From NCBI GenBank assembly GCA_046483985.1, contig JAWOCD010000004.1, positions 18,117 through 82,116 on the forward strand: a DNA stretch of 64,000 bases, read 5' to 3'. The number at the start of each line of letters is the position of its first letter. Position 1 is the stretch's first letter. The position numbers and the translations under genes are program-made. The notes under the pieces are model-generated. The model worked only from the letters and a program-made list of their open reading frames with translations. It was not told the origin of the DNA and searched no databases. Source of the stretch: Promethearchaeia archaeon (GTDB taxonomy: Archaea; Asgardarchaeota; Lokiarchaeia; Sigyniarchaeales; SOKP01). Below, in pieces: positions 18,825-27,773 of the stretch.

Positions 18825-19430
18825 CTAATCTTGATCTAAGGTGAACCGTAGAAGTCTATCTTTATCTTCTTCCGCATAATCGATTCCGACTCGTTTATGA
18901 GCTGAGATTTCCTTTTCCTCTTCCTTTCTTTTACTTCCTTCGCAGAAATAAAGCGCTGCATCTGAAGTACACGCATCTTTTCCGTTAAACAAATCCTTGG
19001 TGATTTGGAATGCCATACAGAGTTTACTCGGTCCATCAATTAAGTTTTTATAATTTTTCCCGATTTTGACATCGCGGTTTTCTTTCATAAGCTCTATTCC
19101 GTTGAGTGGATAGCCTTCCCGGATAAATACGGCACAAGGTTTTCCCGTTTCTTCGGTAATTACATTCAAACAAAAATATATGCCGTAAATGTAATAGACG
19201 TAGAGCGTTCCAGGGGGCATGAACATAATTTTTGTCTTTTCGGTTTTCTTATTGCCATAGGCATGACATGCTTTATCATCAGGACCAACGTAAGCTTCCG
19301 TTTCTGTAATTTTGGCAACCATTTTTCCGTTTGTAGTCTTTCTAACCAAATATTTGCCTAATAAGGCTTTTGCCACTTGTTTTGTATCACGGGCAAAAAA
19401 ATCTTTTTTAATTCGCTGAAGATTATTCAA
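18825..19430 (-). CDS. mpg: DNA-3-methyladenine glycosylase (AAG/MPG family)
   Basis: VAKALLGK, ITETEAY, YVYYIYG..CLNV, DGPSKLC, RVGI. Confidence 0.93.
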   Translation of the reverse strand: MNNLQRIKKDFFARDTKQVAKALLGKYLVRKTTNGKMVAKITETEAYVGPDDKACHAYGNKKTEKTKIMFMPPGTLYVYYIYGIYFCLNVITEETGKPCAVFIREGYPLNGIELMKENRDVKIGKNYKNLIDGPSKLCMAFQITKDLFNGKDACTSDAALYFCEGSKRKEEEKEISAHKRVGIDYAEEDKDRLLRFTLDQD

Positions 19431-19629
19431 ATTCGGTCTCTCTTGTTTTTCAATCTCAATTATCGACTAGTAAGGTTAGGAATGGATAAAATTTTAAAAT
19501 TTGGTATCAAATATTTAATTTCTGAAAGAAGTTACCTAAACAATTTTATAGGACATTAAAAGATATATATATTATTGTATTTAATTAATTGAGAAATTTT
19601 ATATTTAAACAAATTTGGGATATACTAAC

Positions 19630-20352
19630 ATGTTAGGTCAGATTCCAGATACAATGCCAAATGAACATTATCGTCCCATAAATATTCATGGGATTATAAA
19701 TCTATATGCATATATTTTCTTTGCTGTCCTTCTTATCGGATTCGGTATCTATTTTTTCCTCCAAACAAAAAAACAAGAGTTAAAAAGCGTAAAAAGACTT
19801 AAGGTTGGATTGGGGCTATTTGGAATTACCTACGGAATAACCAGAATTCTATTTGTTCTTATGTTTAATATCAATCCCGATGTTTATTATGATATGTTCG
19901 CTTCTTTAGCTTATGCTGTGGGGATGGTCGGATTTACAGCGATGATATGGGCGTTAGAGCAAGTGAAGTATAAAAAACGCTATTTCTTCTTGGTATCTAT
20001 AAGTACTACAATTATAGTGATTATATCCGCGGCGATGGTAATTATTTTGACTCTTTCGGGGATCACAGCAACAGAACTACGAATAAATATTCTATATGTA
20101 ATTTATATCGGGTCTGGAATTGCAATGATATTAATAATCTTTCTGTATATTGGTCTAATTCGATTATCCACTGGTCTTATTAAGAAAAAGGCAATCTATT
20201 CATTTCTTGGGTTGATTATAATGACACTGGGAATCTTGCTGGATAGTCAATTTTTCTTAGGTTTAGAGTTCATACCCCTCTGGATAAAAATGGATCTCGT
20301 ACCCATAATTACTATTATCGGATATTTAATATTTGCAATCAATCAAATATAA
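19630..20352 (+). CDS. Polytopic (about 6 TM) membrane protein
   Basis: Alternating hydrophobic helices; similar layout to 20437-21108. Confidence 0.8.
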   Translation: MLGQIPDTMPNEHYRPINIHGIINLYAYIFFAVLLIGFGIYFFLQTKKQELKSVKRLKVGLGLFGITYGITRILFVLMFNINPDVYYDMFASLAYAVGMVGFTAMIWALEQVKYKKRYFFLVSISTTIIVIISAAMVIILTLSGITATELRINILYVIYIGSGIAMILIIFLYIGLIRLSTGLIKKKAIYSFLGLIIMTLGILLDSQFFLGLEFIPLWIKMDLVPIITIIGYLIFAINQI

Positions 20353-20436
20353 TCCAACGAGTCAAAATTTGAATAAAAAATGTTAAAAGTAAATATTAAA
20401 TATATTGACTTTAAAGAGGAGATGTGTTGAATAAAT

Positions 20437-21108
20437 ATGGGACATTTAAACTACGATCTAGGATTAAAAACCACATTTTGGATCATTGTTATTTGTTACT
20501 TGACAATTTTAGCAACCCTCTTTGTGAGAAAATCATTTAAGTCAGAGGAGATATCATCTCAGAAGAACTTGAACAGAGCAATTGCGATTTTCTTCTATAT
20601 GTATGTCATTGCACGGATTTTATTTATTTTTTCTGATTTTGAAAGAGATCCAAATGGGCAAACGGCCCTTTATTTCCAATTTGTAGCAGCCTCATATGTC
20701 TTTAACGTTGTGGGTTTCTTAGCATTAATAATTGTTGGAGAAAAATACCTATTCAAACCCGGAAAGTTTGTAATGAGTTATATTTTAGGAGGAGCCCTTG
20801 TCTTCAATATTGTCCTACTGATTTTCTTTCCACAGTTGTTTACTATCGCCCGATACATCAATTATGTAATATTTTATACTGAGGTGGGGATATTGATATT
20901 ATTATTTCTCTTCTTAATTAGAAAGACTCCAGGAAAATTAAGAAAGAATTCTATATTTTCACTTATTGGTCTGATAGTAATGTCTGTTGCTTCTATCCTA
21001 GAATCAGATGCGTTGGTTTCGGAAGGGATCGTACAACCCTATTATTCACCATTTTTATTTGCTATAGGGATAACTATATTCGCCTATGGTCAAATGAAAG
21101 GGATATAG
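20437..21108 (+). CDS. Polytopic (about 6 TM) membrane protein, probable paralog of the upstream gene
   Basis: Shared RILF in TM2, E after TM3, G.(I/L)(K/R)K..I.S..GLI.M. Confidence 0.8.
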   Translation: MGHLNYDLGLKTTFWIIVICYLTILATLFVRKSFKSEEISSQKNLNRAIAIFFYMYVIARILFIFSDFERDPNGQTALYFQFVAASYVFNVVGFLALIIVGEKYLFKPGKFVMSYILGGALVFNIVLLIFFPQLFTIARYINYVIFYTEVGILILLFLFLIRKTPGKLRKNSIFSLIGLIVMSVASILESDALVSEGIVQPYYSPFLFAIGITIFAYGQMKGI

Positions 21109-21109
21109 G

Positions 21110-21955
21110 CTACAATTCCCTATTTTTTTTTGCGATTTTTTTCAATTCATTCTTCAAAAATGATTCCAGTTTTTTATTTGAGGCCACCAATGGTATATGT
21201 GCATTGATCGTTAACTTTATATCTAAATCAACCCCAAGGCGAGAATATAAATTCCCCCCCGCTTCCCTTATAATCAAATACCCTGCTGCGATATCCATTA
21301 TCCTGCTGCTTTCTCGAAAATCAATCAATCCATCAAGGCTTCCTTTGGCAATAAGACATAAACTTAATGCACAGCTTCCCATTATTCGGGGACGATAAAT
21401 TTTTTCAATTATAGAACTGTAATCGATTAAATTTTGCTTGATTTCATTGCTCTCAAAGTCAATTTCAAACATAATTGGGTCCTCAACTCCTTTCTCTGAC
21501 ACCGTAATCTTCTCATCATTGAGAAACGAGCCTTTTCCTTTTTCGCTCCAGTAAATATCTTTGGTATTAAGATCAATTATCACCGCCTTAAGAATCTCCT
21601 CTAACGAATCACCCTCCGCATATGCAATAGACACGCAGCAAAATGGAATACCTCGTACTGCATTATTTGATCCATCAATAGGGTCTACAATCAATTTCGC
21701 TTGTTTCTTACTTGCTTCTACTTGGTCTCCAATAAAAACTTCGCCAATTTCCTCGCTGATTAGCAAAACATTTACATCGATTTCTTCCAAAGCGTTTTTA
21801 ATTACGTCTTCTGCGTGCCTATCTATGATCATGGAAATATCGCCTCCTGCTCCTTCTTCCAATTGAATTGCTGCTTTTTTGGTTCCTATCAAATCATGAA
21901 CTTCATCATACACAGAAATTGCCAATTCCTTCAGAAAATCAATCGTAACTTCCAT
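21110..21955 (-). CDS. suhB: Bifunctional inositol monophosphatase/fructose-1,6-bisphosphatase
   Basis: GAGGD, ISEE, VDPIDGSNN, RIMGS, DIAAGYLI..EAGG. Confidence 0.85.
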   Translation of the reverse strand: MEVTIDFLKELAISVYDEVHDLIGTKKAAIQLEEGAGGDISMIIDRHAEDVIKNALEEIDVNVLLISEEIGEVFIGDQVEASKKQAKLIVDPIDGSNNAVRGIPFCCVSIAYAEGDSLEEILKAVIIDLNTKDIYWSEKGKGSFLNDEKITVSEKGVEDPIMFEIDFESNEIKQNLIDYSSIIEKIYRPRIMGSCALSLCLIAKGSLDGLIDFRESSRIMDIAAGYLIIREAGGNLYSRLGVDLDIKLTINAHIPLVASNKKLESFLKNELKKIAKKNREL

Positions 21956-21971
21956 TTGAGGTTATTCTCCT

Positions 21972-23222
21972 TTAAGTATTTTTAGTAAGTTCTCTTTCTT
22001 TATCAACTATTTCTTTTACAGTTTTTTTGTCGGTCACGACCATTTTCGTCATACTATTGGTAAAAACCAAACGCGGTCCTTTATTTAATTCCTTCTGCAC
22101 ATAGATTTTATCGATTTTTTTTCCGGTCAACCAATCTGAAATTAGTATCCCCTTTCTCTTTTCTCTATCGATAAATTTATTTTTTAAAAAGTCTTGATGA
22201 GTTAAATTACCCTCTTCTAGCGTGAATATGGCAAAATACGGGGCTTCCCCGTACTTATCAAAGATTTTGGAATCCAAATCTTCATTTTCTTCTAAGGGCA
22301 CTGCAATTTTGGTCAAAGATTTCTCCTCAGATTCCGTAATTATAATAGTTTTAAAGATTTTGGGAAAATTTTCCTTAATCTCTTCGTTAAGACGTTTTTT
22401 AAGAGTGTCCATATCGGAGCTTGACAATCGGTGGCTTACAACAACTTCAAGTTCCAGAAAGATATATTTTCCGTATGCGCGTAGATCTAAACGCTCAATT
22501 CGTTTTACTCTGGAAAATTCTTCAATTAACTCGTGCAATTCCGTTCTCTTTTCAAAGTCAATTACAGCATCCAAAAGTGTTTTAGTGGAATTGAGAAATA
22601 TCCCATAGCCCCCTCTTATAATGAATAAAGAAATCAGAATTCCAAATATGGAATCCAAGATGTTCAAATTGATAAGAGCTCCAAGAAATCCTATGAGCAC
22701 AGAAAGCGAAATAAAAATGTCAAACCACTTTTCTGAAGCTTCCGATTTGATAATGGGGGATTTAATACGGTTTGCAACAATTCTCATATATATTGCTACA
22801 ATTAAAGAGATTATTAAGGATATAATCAAAAAGATAAATACCGGAAATGAAAGGAGCAGGGGTCTTTCGGTTCCGTTAATAAATTGAATGATATCGACAA
22901 TAGATTGTCTGATAATATTATATGCAGTGTAAAAAATCACAATAGAAATGATTAAACTTATGATATTTTCGATTTTATAATATCCATAAGGAAATTCCTC
23001 GCTCGGTTTTTTATTTGCTAAAATAATGCCGACCAGTGCGGCAAATACTAACACCAAATCAGTTAGGTTATCGAACGCATCAGCTTGTAAGGCCCGGCTA
23101 TTGGTTAAGTAAGAAAATATAATCTTAGAAATAAACAGCCCAAAATTAACAGTAAAAAGAACAAAATTAATAAAAATGGGCTTTTCAAAGAAAGGTTTCT
23201 CATTCGTTTTTTGAGAACTCAT
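21972..23222 (-). CDS. Cation diffusion facilitator transporter with C-terminal NifB/NifX-like domain
   Basis: S.ALQADAFDNLTD, FPYGYYKIE, dimerisation domain, KIAVP...YGEAPYF. Confidence 0.88.
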   Translation of the reverse strand: MSSQKTNEKPFFEKPIFINFVLFTVNFGLFISKIIFSYLTNSRALQADAFDNLTDLVLVFAALVGIILANKKPSEEFPYGYYKIENIISLIISIVIFYTAYNIIRQSIVDIIQFINGTERPLLLSFPVFIFLIISLIISLIVAIYMRIVANRIKSPIIKSEASEKWFDIFISLSVLIGFLGALINLNILDSIFGILISLFIIRGGYGIFLNSTKTLLDAVIDFEKRTELHELIEEFSRVKRIERLDLRAYGKYIFLELEVVVSHRLSSSDMDTLKKRLNEEIKENFPKIFKTIIITESEEKSLTKIAVPLEENEDLDSKIFDKYGEAPYFAIFTLEEGNLTHQDFLKNKFIDREKRKGILISDWLTGKKIDKIYVQKELNKGPRLVFTNSMTKMVVTDKKTVKEIVDKERELTKNT

Positions 23223-23307
23223 ATATAGAATAAAAACATAGTAATCTTTTTTAACGTGACAGTTAAAAAAATTAAAAACCAGTCATAAAAATGGGAAACT
23301 TAGAAAT

Positions 23308-23613
23308 TTACCTAAGCTCGATTTCGACGAGAACTGACTCCGGAATTTGAATCTTCATAATAAGATGCATGCTTCTTTCATTCGCAACTACGTCAATCAA
23401 CCGTTTATGAATTCTCATCTCAAATTTCTGCCAAGTATCGGTACCTTGACCAGAGGGGGCCTTCAATACGGGGACTCTTAAACGATTTGTAGGGAGAGGG
23501 ATTGGACCATGTTTTTTAATGCCCTGCGACTTGCAAACATCTTCTATTTGTTCACAAACTTTTTTTAAGGCAGGTAATTCAGTTGATGATAATCGAATAC
23601 GAGCTTTTTGCAC
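23308..23613 (-). CDS. rpsJ: 30S ribosomal protein uS10
   Basis: QKARIRL, GPIPLPT, AP.G.G..TW..FEMRIHKRLID; GGTGA SD upstream of GTG. Confidence 0.96.
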   Translation of the reverse strand: MQKARIRLSSTELPALKKVCEQIEDVCKSQGIKKHGPIPLPTNRLRVPVLKAPSGQGTDTWQKFEMRIHKRLIDVVANERSMHLIMKIQIPESVLVEIELR

Positions 23614-23948
23614 GGAATTTGTTCACCAATTTATAATATTTAAAGCTTACGGTTTATTTTCCATCTATTCAAAAACTTATGTAAGGACAATAATTATTAT
23701 TATTAAATAAATTTTTTGTATGGCTTAATAAATTTCCCATACTTTATGGATATATTTTCATTGAGAAATTCTCCATTTCCTTTTTCTCCAAATTTATTTT
23801 TAGTTCCACTTCTACCGTTGTTGCTAATTAATATGGCTTTTCCAGCTTTTTTAATCCTTGAAGAAAGCGTTCCCTTAAAGCGTATAAACTCAAGATTGAA
23901 GTTAAAGGTCCTTTAGAAATCCAATAAATAGATATCAAAAGTTAATTA

Positions 23949-25085
23949 TTAGTGTAATAAAAATTCATTCCCTAAATGGACATGTTCAAGGTATGTTTCG
24001 GCAATCTCCAAGCATTTGTATGCTTGTTTTTTAGATGTATAAGGGAGGTCCTTCATCATGTAATCTGGATGAAAGACTAAAAGAGAATAAGGGATTTCGG
24101 GATTGATATTGGCAATAAATTTTGCAATCCGCTCAATTTCTTTAGAATTTGTGTAACCCGGTACCAATAAGGTACAACCACTTAATTCTGGTAAGGTATT
24201 TCTTGTTCCAAAATAATTTTCTCCCAAATATTTGAAATTTTTTAAGGTCCTTTTATTACTTGTGCCACATAAAGCGATATTCAGCTGTTCATGATAAGTT
24301 TTCAAATCGAATTTAATGTTTCCGCCAGTTTTAAGGGCAATCTTCATGCATTGCTCCATGAGATCTTGTCTCCCGCTCCCGTTCCATTCCCAGCAGACTC
24401 TAAACTTTCTATTTTCCTCTCTTGCCTCATCGATTTTTTCCAATACTAATTCAGCTAAATGGACTGTAAAGGGAAGTTGTGGTTCTGGATCGCCTCCAAA
24501 AAAACACATGCAAGTTATATTCTTGTTTTTAAAAATGCGGTCGGCAACGGCTTCTGCCTCCATTAAATCGTCTTTAGTGAAATGTTTATGGGAGGAGTTT
24601 TGGCAAAAGAGACAATCAAAAGAACATCCATAAAGGAAGGCCGCATAACTATATGTTCCAGTTTCATCTCCGTCATATATGGAATATTCCGGGTATCCTC
24701 TAGATGTGCCCGCGGGACAGAACCATGAATTGCAGCAGTTGGTCGGATTAGAATCCAAGTACCCATGCATATATGCTTTGTCCTTCGTGGGGTAAGATAA
24801 ATTACCTTGTTCATTTTTTTGATAATCTCGAAGACCACAGTAACTTTTATCATCCTCTGAAACCTTACATTTATTAATACAGAGATTACAACTAAATCTA
24901 ATATTTTTTTCCTTAGATTTTGGAGGAATAACGGGTAAGTTTTCGCTAAGTCGAACTTTGGAATGCACATTAAGAAGGTGTTCCTTGACTTTATTTTTAT
25001 CTGCATTTATTATACATTCTCGACAAATCTGCAATATTTTGGAAACTAAACTGCTTTCCTTACCACAGAACTTACAAGTTGCCAT
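23949..25085 (-). CDS. Radical SAM protein (PFL-activase-related, archaeal type)
   Basis: GCSFDCLFCQN, FFGGDP, IKFDLK, LLVPGY, FHPDY; N-terminal Cys clusters. Confidence 0.85.
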   Translation of the reverse strand: MATCKFCGKESSLVSKILQICRECIINADKNKVKEHLLNVHSKVRLSENLPVIPPKSKEKNIRFSCNLCINKCKVSEDDKSYCGLRDYQKNEQGNLSYPTKDKAYMHGYLDSNPTNCCNSWFCPAGTSRGYPEYSIYDGDETGTYSYAAFLYGCSFDCLFCQNSSHKHFTKDDLMEAEAVADRIFKNKNITCMCFFGGDPEPQLPFTVHLAELVLEKIDEAREENRKFRVCWEWNGSGRQDLMEQCMKIALKTGGNIKFDLKTYHEQLNIALCGTSNKRTLKNFKYLGENYFGTRNTLPELSGCTLLVPGYTNSKEIERIAKFIANINPEIPYSLLVFHPDYMMKDLPYTSKKQAYKCLEIAETYLEHVHLGNEFLLH

Positions 25086-25103
25086 CTTTAGATAAAATAT
25101 ATA

Positions 25104-25781
25104 TCAATCAATTAAATCTATCTTTTTGTGAGTTGACTTTTTTAAAAGCAAGAATGTTTTTCCTGATTTTTGTTCCTCTTTTTCCTTAATGGAGAAACCA
25201 TCAAATCCTGCTTTTATAAAGGATTTCTTAAAAATCTCCAACATTTTTTCACTTTCCGGATAAAATTCAATGATAAACCGTCCATTTCTTTTCAAAATTT
25301 CATTTATATACTGAGCAGTTGTATTGACAATAGAAAATATCTCTCTTTCAGATTTTGAATCATGAGTGATAAAATTATACGCTGAAATTGAAATTATATG
25401 GTCAATCGAACGAGAGCGAATCGGTAATTTCGTAATATCAGCTAATATCAACTCTAAGTCTTTTGATCTTGGCAACGCTTCCTTCTTTCGTTTACGAGCC
25501 AGAGAGATCATATCGGTTAAAATGTCAATTCCAATTACGTGAAAATCATAATTAATTAAAAATTCAGAAGAAAAACCGCTTCCACAACCTAAATCAAGGA
25601 TAAGCGTCTCTGAGGGCAGCGATACTTCTTCCTTGCCTAATTTTGAATCGTAAAGATATTCAATTACCCTTTCTGTGGTCTTTTTTTGATTTCTTTCCAT
25701 CCATTTCTCATTATCGTATTCTTTTGCCCGTTCTCCGAGATAGCTATCCGGAAATTTGGGAGTTTTATCCTTTCTTGGCAT
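25104..25781 (-). CDS. Class I SAM methyltransferase, Bud23/WBSCR22-like
   Basis: LDLGCGSG, ISISA, EFYPE, KAGFDG, K.FLLL, and N-terminal P..Y...A..Y....Q pattern as in Bud23. Confidence 0.8.
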   Translation of the reverse strand: MPRKDKTPKFPDSYLGERAKEYDNEKWMERNQKKTTERVIEYLYDSKLGKEEVSLPSETLILDLGCGSGFSSEFLINYDFHVIGIDILTDMISLARKRKKEALPRSKDLELILADITKLPIRSRSIDHIISISAYNFITHDSKSEREIFSIVNTTAQYINEILKRNGRFIIEFYPESEKMLEIFKKSFIKAGFDGFSIKEKEEQKSGKTFLLLKKSTHKKIDLID

Positions 25782-25940
25782 TATGACGTATTAGAACAAT
25801 TTATTCATTTTATTTTATATTATAAATTTAAAAATAAATATTAAAAGAGAAGAGAAGAAATATATATTTAGTTAACCTAATAACTTATTTATGGAACTTT
25901 TAATTTAATATAAATAAGCATTTACTAATTATATTAATGG

Positions 25941-26348
25941 ATGAGTAAATTGTCAGTGAAAAATTCAGAAAAAAATACCGTATTAGTAGTTGACGATGAA
26001 GTCGACATCCTAAATCTAACTCAAAAATTTCTTAAATTAGCCGATTTTAATACCATTACTACCAGTAATGGGAAGGAAGCAATGAAAATCCTTGAGAAAA
26101 GATATGATGAGATTGCCCTTGTATTATTAGATATTATGATGCCAGGGTTATCTGGGTACCAATGTTTAGAGGAAATTAAAGAACATGAGAAGTATGAGGA
26201 TATCCCCATAATCCTTTTTACCGTAAAAAGTTTTAACGAAGATATACAAAAGGGGAAAAAGCTCGGAGCCGATGGATACCTTACTAAACCTTTCTCAGGT
26301 AAAGAGTTAGTAAAATATATTGAGGAAAAATTAGAGATTAAACCTTGA
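25941..26348 (+). CDS. Single-domain response regulator (receiver)
   Basis: VLVVDDE, LLDIMMP, GADGYLTKPF. Confidence 0.93.
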   Translation: MSKLSVKNSEKNTVLVVDDEVDILNLTQKFLKLADFNTITTSNGKEAMKILEKRYDEIALVLLDIMMPGLSGYQCLEEIKEHEKYEDIPIILFTVKSFNEDIQKGKKLGADGYLTKPFSGKELVKYIEEKLEIKP

Positions 26349-26391
26349 ACTACCACGCCCTAAAGGGCGGTGTTTTCTTTTGCCGTCTATG
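26345..26391 (-). mobile_element. 47-nt IS200/IS605-derived mini-element, identical to 63911-63957
   Basis: Minus strand TTTAT|catagacggcaaaagaaaacaccgccctttagggcgtggtagtTCAA. Confidence 0.85.
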
Positions 26392-26453
26392 ATAAAATTT
26401 TCTTAATTTCTTTTTCTTATTTACTTCGTTAATTCATTACATCCATTGCTCAA

Positions 26454-27659
26454 CTATAATAAGGGGATCAATAAATTACGGATTAAAAACCAATAGATCA
26501 ATATCAATATTATTCCTATCCCTAACATTTTTCTAAAGATATGAGTCCATGAAATTCCGATGGGATTTCTTTGTTCTTTATCTAATAATTCAGGATAAAG
26601 GGAGTGATCATGGGGTTCTTTTTGATACCAATATGCTGTGGAAGACCAATCATCTGCACGATGATTATCGTGTCCATGTTCAATAGAAACTAAGATTTGT
26701 TTATTAAAGTAGATAGGGTCTTCGATATGGTATCGATAATATGTGATCTTACCCCACCAATTAAAACCGCCAGGTTTTATGGTGCCATGATAGGGCGCCG
26801 AATATTTCGTGCGAGGACAATAAGCTTGATTCACATAATCTTCCGTACCCGTGCCATATAGTGTAGGTGTCTTCTCATCGAGATCGTCATCAATAAAAAT
26901 CATATCGTCTCCCTCCCCCGGCCAGTTTATCCACCATGGCATAAACGTGCGATTATCAATATTAAGATGACATCCCACAAAATGCCCTTTCCCTTTTGCT
27001 TCTAAAATTCGATAATTGTACTTTAAAGGCTCAGTGTTCTCTATACCAAATAGATTAAACCGCTTAGGATTTAATTTTGAGATTTTTTTCCCCTCATTAT
27101 CTCTCTTTTTTGTGGACGGAGGATTTTCTCGACGCCATTGCACATGGAATCTTCCATAGTCTTGTTCATCGTCCAATCCCCCCTCATATTTTTCAAAATC
27201 GATATAATAATAGAGTCGAAAGCGTTTTGAGTTATCGTTTTCTAGGGTAATCTTAAATCCCTCTGAAAAGGGCATGGGCCACCAGCAATTTAAACCTTTT
27301 CCCCCTTGAGGACTCATTTGAAGGGGAAGAGAAACAAATTCTTTATGCTCAGCGTGTCCTTGTCCAAAAAAATCACCCAATGGAGCCTCAACACTGGGTT
27401 TATCTTTCCTTTCTCCATCCCAATACATTCGAATTATAGCATTTCGAAGTGCATATCTGCTTCTACAACTAAAAGTACACCAGATATGGGTAATACACCC
27501 TGCATATTCCCCTTCGCCCAAAATAACGGTTTGCTGTGGGTCAATATCAATCCAATCGTAGTTATCACCGCTCTCATCATAACTTGAAATCCGTTTACGC
27601 TTCACCGAATCTGGCTGTAATTTGGCTATATCATTTAGACTTGATTTTCCTAATTCCAT
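26454..27659 (-). CDS. DUF2961 / glycoside hydrolase family 172-like protein with C-terminal TM anchor
   Basis: RISSYD, GCITHIW, YWDGE..PSVEAPLGDFF, WPMPF, GEGDD, GTGTEDY, EHGH, SSTAYWYQ. Confidence 0.9.
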   Translation of the reverse strand: MELGKSSLNDIAKLQPDSVKRKRISSYDESGDNYDWIDIDPQQTVILGEGEYAGCITHIWCTFSCRSRYALRNAIIRMYWDGERKDKPSVEAPLGDFFGQGHAEHKEFVSLPLQMSPQGGKGLNCWWPMPFSEGFKITLENDNSKRFRLYYYIDFEKYEGGLDDEQDYGRFHVQWRRENPPSTKKRDNEGKKISKLNPKRFNLFGIENTEPLKYNYRILEAKGKGHFVGCHLNIDNRTFMPWWINWPGEGDDMIFIDDDLDEKTPTLYGTGTEDYVNQAYCPRTKYSAPYHGTIKPGGFNWWGKITYYRYHIEDPIYFNKQILVSIEHGHDNHRADDWSSTAYWYQKEPHDHSLYPELLDKEQRNPIGISWTHIFRKMLGIGIILILIYWFLIRNLLIPLL

Positions 27660-27773
27660 TTTATTATATTTATTTTTGAAATTTAAATAAGTTTTTATCA
27701 ATTATCCCTACTTAAATCGGTAAGCAGTATCTTGAAGTACAAGAAATATTAACGAATAAAAGTTAATAACAGA

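Noticed and set aside
23716-23940. Short ORFs upstream of rpsJ
   Set aside because: No recognisable motif or convincing start on either strand.
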